64,000 bases of DNA from Polyangiales bacterium (GTDB lineage: Bacteria > Myxococcota_A > Polyangia > Polyangiales > Ga0077539): positions 384,001 to 448,000 of the forward strand of contig JBGARZ010000005.1 in NCBI GenBank assembly GCA_044229975.1, in the 5' to 3' direction. The notes beneath the pieces are model-generated. The model was not told the DNA's origin. It searched no databases and was given only the letters and a program-made list of their open reading frames with translations. Position numbers and translations under genes: made by a program. Position 1 is the stretch's first letter. Each line of letters starts with the position of its first letter. Below are positions 9,012-17,818 of the stretch, piece by piece.

Positions 9012-10814
9012 ATGTCGCCTCTGCACGTCGCCGCTGCGGCCGTGTTGGCCGTGTTGCTCTACCTCGTCCTGCGCCCGTCCGGGTCCGGGAAGACCCGTCG
9101 CGTCCGCGCGCGTCCGAGGCGCCTCCCGTGGGTGCACTCCACCATCCGCGTGACCCGCGACGCGTGGCACAACTGGAGCGGCGAGCTGCACTGCAAGCCC
9201 GCCCGACTCTACTGCGACGACTCCGGTGGCCCGTGGCGCTCGCCGCGCACCCTCGAAGACCTCCAGGCCATCGTGCGCGACGCGCGGGCGGTGGGGGCGC
9301 CCATCCGGATGTTCGGCTCGTCGCACTCCTGGGCGCGGCTCGCCCCCTGCCCCGACGGCTTCATGGTCGACAACCGGATGATCGGCGCCGAGGGCGACTA
9401 CTTCCGCACCACCATCGAGCCCGACGCGGACGGAACCGGCGCGCGCGCCACCGCCCCACCGGGAATGCTCTCGCAGGAGTTCGAGAAGTGGCTCTGGGAC
9501 ATGGGCTACACCCTGCCCGCCAGCGCCTTCGAGGACTGCTTCACCCTCGGCGGCATGGCGGCGACCGCCACCCACGGCTCGGGCATCGACGTCGCCACCG
9601 TCTCCGACCACATCGTCGGCATGACCTTCGTCGACGGCCTCGGCGAGGTGCGCCGCTGGACCCGCGAGACCGCCACCGCCGACGAGCTCGCGGCCATCCA
9701 GTGCGGCCTCGGCTGCCTCGGGCTCATCTACGACATCACCTTCGCGGTCGAGGCCCGGACGGAGGTCGTCCACACCGCTCGTACGGTCCCGTACGACTCG
9801 CTCTTCGCCGACACCGACGAGGCCCGCGCCGCGCTGCGCGAGCTGCACGAGACCCACGACGGCATCGAGTTCTTCTGGTGGCCCTTCCGCTTCAGCGGGC
9901 TGCCGCTCGTGTCGCGCCCCGAGATCAACCCCGACGTGTGGATTCTCGCGATGCAGCGCACGCGCACCACCGAGGTGCCGCTACGCAGCGCGTGGCGAAG
10001 CTTCGTCCACCTGCAGATCCTCGACGTCGCGGCGATGGTGAGCTGCGGTCTGATGATGACGGCGCTGCGGCCGTTTCCCAAGGCAGCCTTCGTGCTGCCG
10101 TGGGTGACCTGCTTCACCAACCTCTGGGTCAACGCCCGCTCGGGCCAGTGGCGCATGCCCTACTACGAGGGCCAGCACTTCGTGAACGCCACCGGGGTGG
10201 AGTTCGTCCGCGCCATCGCCGCGGAGTGGAGCGTGCCCTTCGAGCGCCGCGCCGACCCCAACGCGCACGACGGCTACGAGCGCGTGCGGCAGTCCTTCGC
10301 GGCCCTCCACAACCTCTGCGTCGACCAGTTCAACACGCACCCCCTCACGGACCCGAAGGCCTCGCCGGTGATCCTCTCGGTCGAGATGCGAACCATCGCG
10401 GCGAGCTCCGCGCTGATGAGCCCCGGCTACCAGCCCGAGGGCCGCCGCCGCGCCGTGCACTACGCCGCGCCGGAGATCGTCACCGTCGCGGGACATCCCG
10501 CGTGGGACGGCTTCGTCCGCCGCGCCAACCTCGCGCTGACCGCGCAGCCGTCGGTGTTCGGCCGCGAGGTGCGCTGCCACATCGCCAAGCCCTTCCACAG
10601 CCTTCCGCACCCCGACTTCCCCGACGGCAACATGGCCGACTACTGCCGCGCGCAGTACGTCGCCGCGGGCACCTGGGAGCGCTTCCAGGCGGTGCGCCGC
10701 GCGGTCGACCCGGACGGGGTCTTCCTCAACGACTACCTGCGCGGATGGTTCAACGACCAGACCCCAGCCGCGGAGCTGCCCGAGGAGGAGCAAGCCCTCG
10801 ACCGCGTCGCGTAG
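9012..10814 (+). CDS. FAD-binding oxidoreductase, VAO/PCMH superfamily (ALO-like C-terminus)
   Basis: N-terminal TM segment; WHNWSG, GSSHSW, TLGGMAATATHGSG, GLGCLGLI, RCHIAK and VDPDGVFLND. Confidence 0.85.
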   Translation: MSPLHVAAAAVLAVLLYLVLRPSGSGKTRRVRARPRRLPWVHSTIRVTRDAWHNWSGELHCKPARLYCDDSGGPWRSPRTLEDLQAIVRDARAVGAPIRMFGSSHSWARLAPCPDGFMVDNRMIGAEGDYFRTTIEPDADGTGARATAPPGMLSQEFEKWLWDMGYTLPASAFEDCFTLGGMAATATHGSGIDVATVSDHIVGMTFVDGLGEVRRWTRETATADELAAIQCGLGCLGLIYDITFAVEARTEVVHTARTVPYDSLFADTDEARAALRELHETHDGIEFFWWPFRFSGLPLVSRPEINPDVWILAMQRTRTTEVPLRSAWRSFVHLQILDVAAMVSCGLMMTALRPFPKAAFVLPWVTCFTNLWVNARSGQWRMPYYEGQHFVNATGVEFVRAIAAEWSVPFERRADPNAHDGYERVRQSFAALHNLCVDQFNTHPLTDPKASPVILSVEMRTIAASSALMSPGYQPEGRRRAVHYAAPEIVTVAGHPAWDGFVRRANLALTAQPSVFGREVRCHIAKPFHSLPHPDFPDGNMADYCRAQYVAAGTWERFQAVRRAVDPDGVFLNDYLRGWFNDQTPAAELPEEEQALDRVA

Positions 10815-10846
10815 CCCCGCAGACAACCACAGGAACCATACGCCCC

Positions 10847-11914
10847 ATGAAACTCCCGCTCTTCCAACCGCGCACCAACACGCTCAACCACTTCGCGTCG
10901 CCGCCCGACGAGGGCCCCCGCATCGCGCTACCGTACCCGAGCGGTTGGTTTGGCCTCGCCTTCTCGGACGAGGTCGCGCCCGGCGAGCTGAAGCGCGCGC
11001 AGCTCGCGGGTCGCGAGGTCGTGGTGTTTCGCACGGAGTACGGTCGGGCGGCGGTCTTCGAGGCGCACTGCCCGCACCTCGGCGCGCACTTCGGTCACGG
11101 GGGTTGCGTCGAGGGGGAGACCCTGCGCTGCCCGATGCACGACTTCCGCTTCGACGTGGAGGGCCGGTGCGTCGCGGTCGGCGTCGGGCACTCGCACCTC
11201 CCGTCCGCGCGGGCGGGCGCGCTGCACGTTCGCGAGAACTGCGGGGTGATCCTCGCGTGGCACCACCCGGACGGCGCCGAGCCGGACTGGGAGCCTCCGC
11301 CGCTGGTCGAGGCATCGCTGGCCGACGGCCCGTCGCAGCGCCGGCACACCGTCATCCGCTCGCACGTGCAGGAGCTCGGCGAGAACCTCTTCGACGTCAG
11401 CCACCTCGGCGCCGTCCACGGCTACGAGCAGCCCGAGATGGACGCCCGCCCGACCACCGACGGGACGGCCATCCACGGCAGCGCGCGCCTCACCGCCGCG
11501 ACGAAGCTCGGGCCGTTCACGCAGCGCGTGCGGGTCGACCTGAAGACGCAGCTCCACGGCCTCGGCATCGCCCTCTTCGACTCCTCGTCCGAGCCCGGCG
11601 GGCTCTCGTTTCGCGGCGCCTTCACGTGGAACCCCATCGGCCCCGATCAGGTCGACTTCCGCATCAGCGTCTGGATCAGGAAGGTCGACGCCGGCCTCGC
11701 GACGATGCCCCTCTTCCGTCGCCTCCCGCCGCATACCCAGAGCGAGCTCATGGGGCGCATGCTCCTCCCCACGATCATGCGCGACATCCGCCAGGACCAG
11801 GTCGTGCTGGAGCGCAAGCGCCACCTCACGCACCCCGGCTACTCCGACGGCGACGTTCCGATCGCGGTGTACCGTCGCTGGACGAAGCAGTTCTATCCAG
11901 GCCCTCAGACCTGA
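10847..11914 (+). CDS. Rieske [2Fe-2S] oxygenase, Neverland/KshA-like
   Basis: PYPSGWF; CPHLGAH...CPMH; mononuclear Fe motif ENLFDVSHLGAVH; C-terminal D..I..YRRWTKQFY. Confidence 0.85.
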   Translation: MKLPLFQPRTNTLNHFASPPDEGPRIALPYPSGWFGLAFSDEVAPGELKRAQLAGREVVVFRTEYGRAAVFEAHCPHLGAHFGHGGCVEGETLRCPMHDFRFDVEGRCVAVGVGHSHLPSARAGALHVRENCGVILAWHHPDGAEPDWEPPPLVEASLADGPSQRRHTVIRSHVQELGENLFDVSHLGAVHGYEQPEMDARPTTDGTAIHGSARLTAATKLGPFTQRVRVDLKTQLHGLGIALFDSSSEPGGLSFRGAFTWNPIGPDQVDFRISVWIRKVDAGLATMPLFRRLPPHTQSELMGRMLLPTIMRDIRQDQVVLERKRHLTHPGYSDGDVPIAVYRRWTKQFYPGPQT

Positions 11915-13155
11915 GCGGCGCGCACGACTTCGGCGATGCGATCGCCGACCTCCCAGCCCCAGCGCCCGAGGCTCACCCCGCCCAGCGGCGTCACGTCGAA
12001 GCCCGGGAAGAACATCGTCGGCCGCACCCGCGAGCGACACCGCCCGTCGGTGATCGGCCAGTGCGCGCAGCCGTGCGCCGGGCCCGTGAGGTCGGCGTCC
12101 GCGAGGAGGCGTTCGAGCCCCGGCTCGTAGCCCGTCGCGAGGATGACGTCGTCGAAGCGCTCCTCCCCGTCGCTGAAGCGCACGCCGCCCGCGGTGAGCG
12201 CCTCGATCGCGCGCACGTTGCCGTCGATCACGCGGATGCTCCCGTCGCGGATGGCCTTCACGGCGCCGACGTCCATCACCGGGATGCGGTGCTCGTACAT
12301 CATCCCGTGCACGGGCGGCGTCGTGGGCTTGCGGATGCCGTAGCGGGAGAGATCAACCGAGAGCGCCCTCATCACGACGTCGCGCGTCCGCACCTCGCGG
12401 TCGAACGCGGGCGTCCCGCGGGTGAGCGCGTGCGACGCGGCCTGCTTCGCCTCGGACATCTGCCCAAACGCGCGGGCCACCTTGTAGAGCGTCAACGTCG
12501 GCGACAGCGGGATGAAGTGCCGCGGCGCCCGCACCCACATGGACACGGCGCGCGCTCCGCCTTGCGCGAGGTCGAGGGCGATCTCGGCGCCGGAGTTTCC
12601 GCTGCCGACCACCAGCACCGAACGCCCGGCGAAGTCGGTCGGGTTGCGGTACTCGCCGCTGTGCAGCACGCGCCCGCCGAAGCGCTCCTCGCCGCCGAGC
12701 GTGACCCGCTTCGGGAGGCGGTTGACGGAGGTGGCGACGGCCACGCAGCGCGCGCGGAGCACGCCCTTCGAGGTCTCCAGGCGCCACGGAAACGCCCCCG
12801 TCGTGTGCTCGATGCGCGTCGCCTCGGTGCCGAGGCGGAGGTGCTCGTCGAGCTGGTGGTGCTGCGCGTAGCCGCGGAAGTAGCCGAGGAGTTCTTCCCG
12901 CTTGAGCAGCAGGGGGAGGGTCTTGCGGAGACCGCCGTCGTGCGGGAGGTCGTGGTCGGGCGAGTGGAGATGGATGCGGTCGTACGTGCGGCTCCAGAAG
13001 TGCCCGACGCCATCGCCCCGCTCCAGCACGGCGAAGCGCAGCCCGTCCTCGCGTCGCAGGCGCGCACCCGTGGCGAGGCCCGCGAAGCCTGCGCCCACCA
13101 CCACGGCATCGAGGGTCTCTTCCGGGGTCTCGCTCGTCGTCACGCGGCGACCCAT
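11905..13155 (-). CDS. Class B flavin-containing monooxygenase (FMO/YUCCA-like)
   Basis: GAGFAG, FGGRVLHSGEY, GSGNSG and ATGY. Start uncertain (ATG 13155 or GTG 13143). Overlaps the Rieske gene 3' end by 10 bp. Confidence 0.88.
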   Translation of the reverse strand: MGRRVTTSETPEETLDAVVVGAGFAGLATGARLRREDGLRFAVLERGDGVGHFWSRTYDRIHLHSPDHDLPHDGGLRKTLPLLLKREELLGYFRGYAQHHQLDEHLRLGTEATRIEHTTGAFPWRLETSKGVLRARCVAVATSVNRLPKRVTLGGEERFGGRVLHSGEYRNPTDFAGRSVLVVGSGNSGAEIALDLAQGGARAVSMWVRAPRHFIPLSPTLTLYKVARAFGQMSEAKQAASHALTRGTPAFDREVRTRDVVMRALSVDLSRYGIRKPTTPPVHGMMYEHRIPVMDVGAVKAIRDGSIRVIDGNVRAIEALTAGGVRFSDGEERFDDVILATGYEPGLERLLADADLTGPAHGCAHWPITDGRCRSRVRPTMFFPGFDVTPLGGVSLGRWGWEVGDRIAEVVRAAQV

Positions 13156-13282
13156 AGCGTTCGGGCGGGGGAGCTGTCTGCCAAACAATGGTTTGTGCGA
13201 CCTTGCGGTCGCGGACCATCGGAGGTGATGGGAGTCGTGCTCGCGAACCTGCTCGGGCTCACGAAGCGCGGAGGGGACGCGA

Positions 13283-13789
13283 TCAGGCGTCGCGCAGGTC
13301 GAGCGGGCCGAGGAAGTCGCGCTTGCCGAGGTTGACGCCGTTGTGGCGCAGCAGCGCGTACGTGTGCGAGGCGTGGAAGAAGAAGTTGGGCAGCGCGTGC
13401 TGCTGGAAGTAGGCCGCGCCGGTCATGACCTTGCCCTCCCAGCGGGGCTGCGTGATGACGCGCGTCGCGGCGCCCTCGAAGTCCTGCGCGGTGAGCGTGT
13501 CGAGGAACGCGATGGTGGAGCGCACGCGGGCGCTGAGCTCGCCGAGGGTCTTCTCGGTGTCGGCGTTGGACGGCGCGGGCTTGCCCGTCAGGCGCGAGGC
13601 CGCGAGCTTGGCGGTGTCGCACGCGATCTGCACCTGCCGCGCGAACCCGAGCTGGTCGGGCGCGAGTCGAAACCCGAGGTAGAGGTCGGGGTCGAAGGAC
13701 TTCTCCTTCGCGTGAGCCGCCGCCGTCTCCAACCAGGTGTCGAGCTGACCGAGGGTCTTCTTGAACTGCTGAAACGTCTCGAAGTACAT
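13283..13789 (-). CDS. DUF1993 family protein
   Basis: RLAPDQ..FARQVQIACD and LPNFFFH...YALLRHNGVNLGKRDFLG. Confidence 0.92.
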   Translation of the reverse strand: MYFETFQQFKKTLGQLDTWLETAAAHAKEKSFDPDLYLGFRLAPDQLGFARQVQIACDTAKLAASRLTGKPAPSNADTEKTLGELSARVRSTIAFLDTLTAQDFEGAATRVITQPRWEGKVMTGAAYFQQHALPNFFFHASHTYALLRHNGVNLGKRDFLGPLDLRDA

Positions 13790-13822
13790 GGCGCGCACGC
13801 TACGCCAGACCGGGCCTGCCCG

Positions 13823-15502
13823 TCACGGACCCGGAGGCAGGACGCCGATCGCGAGTTGATAGCTCCGTGCGTCCGCGCCGCGCGCCACGATGCACGCGGC
13901 GTAGGTCCCGGCAGCGAGCTCACGGAGCGCACCCACCCTCTCGGGTCGGAGTCGCGCGCTGCCCCGAAGCGGACCACCCGAGCCGTCGTCGGAGGTGATC
14001 CAGCGCCCGAGCTCCACCCCCGACGGCGCATGGAAGCTCAATCGCAGACCGCTCGGAACGGTCTCCAGGTAGAGCGACTCGCCCGCGCGCACAGTGACGG
14101 CGTAGCAGTCCTGCGGGTCGGTCGTGGACACCGCGCCGGCGTAGAGCGTCGATCGCGCGACCGCGGCCATCGGCGCGGCGGGAGCATTGTTGGGCTCCAC
14201 TTCGTCGACCGCGGCCATGCACGTCGGCGTGCTCGATCCCGTCGTCGGGACGCAGCGGGTCGCGTCGGGGCAGAGCGTGCGGATGCCGCCGAGGTCACAC
14301 GCGCTGCCCACACTCGCGACGACCCGACACGTGGAGCGGTAGCGCGAGAAGTTGGAGCACTCCAGCGTGCCGTCGCAGCGCGGCTCGGCCCCTCGGCAGT
14401 CGGCCCCGGCGACGGTGCCGGGCGCGGCGCACTGACCGGGCTCGGTGAAGTCGGCCGAGGTGCAGCCGTCCCCCTCCTCCGCGCAGGCTGTCGTGCGGAG
14501 CGTGGCATCGCAGGCCCCACCGCGCGCGACGCGTCGTCGGCAGATGCCTGATCCACTGGGGAAGTTGCACTCCAGCCCGTCGTCGCACGCGGGAGACGTG
14601 TCGCGGCACCGCGCTCCGATGGACCCGGTCGCAACACAGCGAGAGGACCCGACGCCCTCAGCGCACTCAGCGCCCGCGGGGCAGCCGACGCCCGGGACGC
14701 CGCACTCCGCTCCGAGGGCGACCGTGCGCACACAGAACGCACTCTCCGGCGCGGTGAAGAAGGTGCTGGTGCAGGTGAGGCCGATGGGGCAGGTGGTGAC
14801 TCCCCCGTCGGGCGTGGGCGGAGCGACGAGGCAGGTGCCGCCCGCGGTACCGGCGGCGGGGGTGACGACGCAGCGGAGGGTTCCGTCGACGGACTGGCAC
14901 GATGAGCCGCGGCCGCAGCAGTTGCCCTGCACCGGGCAGCGCTCGTACGAGTCGCCGCAGAAGTCATCGGGTCGCAGCCCGGGACGGCACCGGTAGTACC
15001 CGCTGACCCCCGACACTTCGAGGTGGCAGGCGAGGCCGTAGTCGCACTCGTTGTGGACGGGCGCGACGGTCGAACGGTTGCAATAGCTGCCCTCCGATCC
15101 GCTGCGAACGCAGGAGTAGAGGCCGGCCGCGTCGGGCGCGCAGTCGGCACCGAAGACGCAAGGGCGATTGATGTCGCGCGGCTCGCAGCGCCCGCCGAGA
15201 GGCGTCGCCGGAAGGCAGCCCGTCGAGTAGCACTGGGTGCCCACGGGACACGGATTGTCGGGGCCGCAGCGGCCCGCATCGACGGACGCCTCGGCGACGG
15301 CGTCAGCCAATGGAGATGGCGCGCGATCGACGGCGGTGACGGCATCGACGGTGGCGGCATCGACGGTGGCGGTGTCGGTGACAGCGATGGCGGCGTCGAC
15401 GGTGGCGACGACCGAAGGGGGCTCGGCACAACCGACGAGCAGGGCGACGGACGCGGGATACAGGACGCGTCCGACGACGCTCGACGACAGAGGGATGCTC
15501 AT
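13823..15502 (-). CDS. Cys-rich repeat lipoprotein with C-terminal PPC-like domain
   Basis: Lipobox LVGC, many Cys repeats, then EVEPNN...DCYAVTVRAGESLYLET. Confidence 0.75.
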   Translation of the reverse strand: MSIPLSSSVVGRVLYPASVALLVGCAEPPSVVATVDAAIAVTDTATVDAATVDAVTAVDRAPSPLADAVAEASVDAGRCGPDNPCPVGTQCYSTGCLPATPLGGRCEPRDINRPCVFGADCAPDAAGLYSCVRSGSEGSYCNRSTVAPVHNECDYGLACHLEVSGVSGYYRCRPGLRPDDFCGDSYERCPVQGNCCGRGSSCQSVDGTLRCVVTPAAGTAGGTCLVAPPTPDGGVTTCPIGLTCTSTFFTAPESAFCVRTVALGAECGVPGVGCPAGAECAEGVGSSRCVATGSIGARCRDTSPACDDGLECNFPSGSGICRRRVARGGACDATLRTTACAEEGDGCTSADFTEPGQCAAPGTVAGADCRGAEPRCDGTLECSNFSRYRSTCRVVASVGSACDLGGIRTLCPDATRCVPTTGSSTPTCMAAVDEVEPNNAPAAPMAAVARSTLYAGAVSTTDPQDCYAVTVRAGESLYLETVPSGLRLSFHAPSGVELGRWITSDDGSGGPLRGSARLRPERVGALRELAAGTYAACIVARGADARSYQLAIGVLPPGP

Positions 15503-15893
15503 GGTGTGCGTGCAGCGTGGCCGACGTGTGGGGGATCCGTCGGGCAAACGTCGCGCGAGGTGCCGATCAGGCGGCGAAGGGGGGTCACCGGGGCCCGTCG
15601 GTCGGCGCCCCCTACGCGCTGCACGTCGTCGACCGGGACCCCGAAACCGCGACCCACCCTCCCACGGCGACGGCGCTCGCGACGGGCGCGGCGTCGGCCT
15701 TCGCGCCCTCGGTGGTCGCGCGCGACGGGTCGACCCGGCGCTCGATCGCGCAGATCGTCGACCACGCGATCACCATCTCGACGGCGACCAACGCGCGCGA
15801 ACCTGCGATCGCGTCGAGTGAATACCCAGGTCCCCGCGACCGGGGCGGCGGTGTGGTGCGGGCCTCACCGCTCACGCTGCCGTAGGGCGCTGC

Positions 15894-17693
15894 TCAGCGC
15901 ATCGCGCGCAGGGTCGTCTCGCTCTCGATGCGCGCGGGCGCCGTCATCGCCGCCGCCGTCACCCGCGCCATCGCCGCGGGCGGAACCGGGATCACCAGCT
16001 CCACGTTGCGATCGAGCGCCGTGCCGACGTGCGACGCCTCCCACGCCGAGACGTACTCCGTCATCGCCAGCCGCCGGAACCGTCGCTCCATGCAGTTGGT
16101 CGACGTGAAGTCGATCATCGTCCCGAAGAGCGACAGCGTGCCGTCACCGTTGGCCACGACCTCCATCGCCCGCGCCTGGTTGGGCCAGTCGGCCATCGAT
16201 CCGCTCTGCACCTCCCAGTAGCCGGGGTGTGCCGCGTCGGCCCCGCGCACGGGGCGCACCCGCACGTCGTGCTCGTGGCCCACCAGCCACGCGATGACGT
16301 TGGGGTACGACGCCACGCGCGCCTCGATCTCCGCCGCGGACACCGCATCAGCGATCTCGGCCCCGATCTCGCCCTCGCGCCGGTCGATGGACGTCGTCGG
16401 GTGGTGCGACGCCAGCATCACCAGCACGCCGTCGGTCTGCGCCCGCTCCAGCTCCGTGCGCAGCCACCCGTCGAACACCGCGCGCTTCACCAGACCACTG
16501 GAGCCACCCGTGAAGTCGCTCGTGTCCAGCGCGAGGATGCGCAGCACCCCCGGCACCACGTCCTGCGCCCAGTGCGCGCCCTGCGACACGTCCGTCGTCG
16601 CGGGGTAGCCGTGCCCTGCCGGACCTGGCATCGCGGGTCCTCCCCGCAGCGTGCTGACGATCTCGGCGCGCTCCAGCAGACGTCGCGATGGGTCGGCCTC
16701 GAACTGCCCACGACGGGGCGGCGCATACCACTGGGTGTAATCGCGCGTGCCGAAGGCGGACGTCGTCCCGATGGCGGCGGCGCGGAGCTGGTCGGTCGGC
16801 GCCGTGGTGCCCACCACCATCACGTCGTGGTTGCCAGGCACATAGAACCAGGGCGCCGGGAAGGCCACGGCGTCGAAGGGGTCCTTCGGGTCGTTGCCCG
16901 CGCCCGGGATGGGGTCGTCGTCGCGCCCCGAGTCGGTGTGCACCCCCGTCGCCCCGTCCATCACCTGCATGAACCACTGCAGCTCGTTGAGCTGCCCGCT
17001 GTCCGCACAGTCGCCCGCGATGACCCCGAACTGAAACGCCCGCCCCCCGGCGGTGAGATCGCGCAGCGTGCGGTTCATCGCCGACATGGCGCGCGGCAGG
17101 TACGCCTCCTGCGCACGGATGGCCCCCGAGAGCGCCGGGCTGTCGAGCGCGCCGTACCGCGTCGGCGACTCGTCATCCACGAGCTGTGTGTCCGAGAAGG
17201 CCACGAACCACGCGAGCGACCGCCGCCCCGCCGCGGGGGCCGTGCTGTTGGCGCCGAGGTCCATGCGCCGCTCGCGCGTCACCGCCGGGCCGCGCACGTA
17301 CTGGTCGTACCCGAGCGTGTGGTAGGCGCGCTCCCCGGCCTCCTGCATCGGGTTCATCATCGCGCGGCTGTCGGGCATCATCACCCGCATCGCCATCGGC
17401 GCGAACGACCCGAGCAGCGTCGACGCCACGGCCTCGGGCTCCACCGCGCCTGCGGGCTCGGTGTCCTCGCAGCGCGGCAACCGAAGCCCCCCGTGCGGAT
17501 CACCGACGTCCTCGATCGTTCCGAGGTCTTCCAGACCGGCCGCGTCCGAGGTCCCGGCGTCGACGATCACGTCGCTCGTGATGACGCCCTCGGTGAGCCC
17601 CGCGTCACTGCCCGCGTCGGTGTTTGCGGCGTCGTCGCTACAGCCCGCGACCGCCAGCAGCGCCATGAAACAGCCCGGAATGACACCTTTCAT
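15894..17693 (-). CDS. Calcineurin-like metallophosphoesterase lipoprotein
   Basis: Lipobox VAGC; SDTQLVDDESP, GDCAD, GNHD, SHHP and GHEH. Confidence 0.85.
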   Translation of the reverse strand: MKGVIPGCFMALLAVAGCSDDAANTDAGSDAGLTEGVITSDVIVDAGTSDAAGLEDLGTIEDVGDPHGGLRLPRCEDTEPAGAVEPEAVASTLLGSFAPMAMRVMMPDSRAMMNPMQEAGERAYHTLGYDQYVRGPAVTRERRMDLGANSTAPAAGRRSLAWFVAFSDTQLVDDESPTRYGALDSPALSGAIRAQEAYLPRAMSAMNRTLRDLTAGGRAFQFGVIAGDCADSGQLNELQWFMQVMDGATGVHTDSGRDDDPIPGAGNDPKDPFDAVAFPAPWFYVPGNHDVMVVGTTAPTDQLRAAAIGTTSAFGTRDYTQWYAPPRRGQFEADPSRRLLERAEIVSTLRGGPAMPGPAGHGYPATTDVSQGAHWAQDVVPGVLRILALDTSDFTGGSSGLVKRAVFDGWLRTELERAQTDGVLVMLASHHPTTSIDRREGEIGAEIADAVSAAEIEARVASYPNVIAWLVGHEHDVRVRPVRGADAAHPGYWEVQSGSMADWPNQARAMEVVANGDGTLSLFGTMIDFTSTNCMERRFRRLAMTEYVSAWEASHVGTALDRNVELVIPVPPAAMARVTAAAMTAPARIESETTLRAMR

Positions 17694-17700
17694 TCACGGG

Positions 17701-17706
17701 ATTGTA
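17701..17706 (-). promoter_or_regulatory. Putative sigma70 -10 box (TACAAT) for a leaderless transcript
   Basis: Lies 7 nt upstream of ATG 17693, with no SD sequence. Confidence 0.55.
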
Positions 17707-17818
17707 ACGTGACTCCCCACGCCCTCGCGACCATCCACCAGCCCCGCGGGGCGCGGCCCGCTGCGCGCGACCCGACGTGTCCCTTGCGGCGTTCGGGCGC
17801 TCCTGTTACGCGCTCTCA

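Noticed and set aside
6152..11914. Long fusion ORFs 6152-8323 and 9128-11914
   Set aside because: The upstream parts are Arg/Pro-rich off-frame reads over the kinase and oxidase; real starts are 7685 and 10847.
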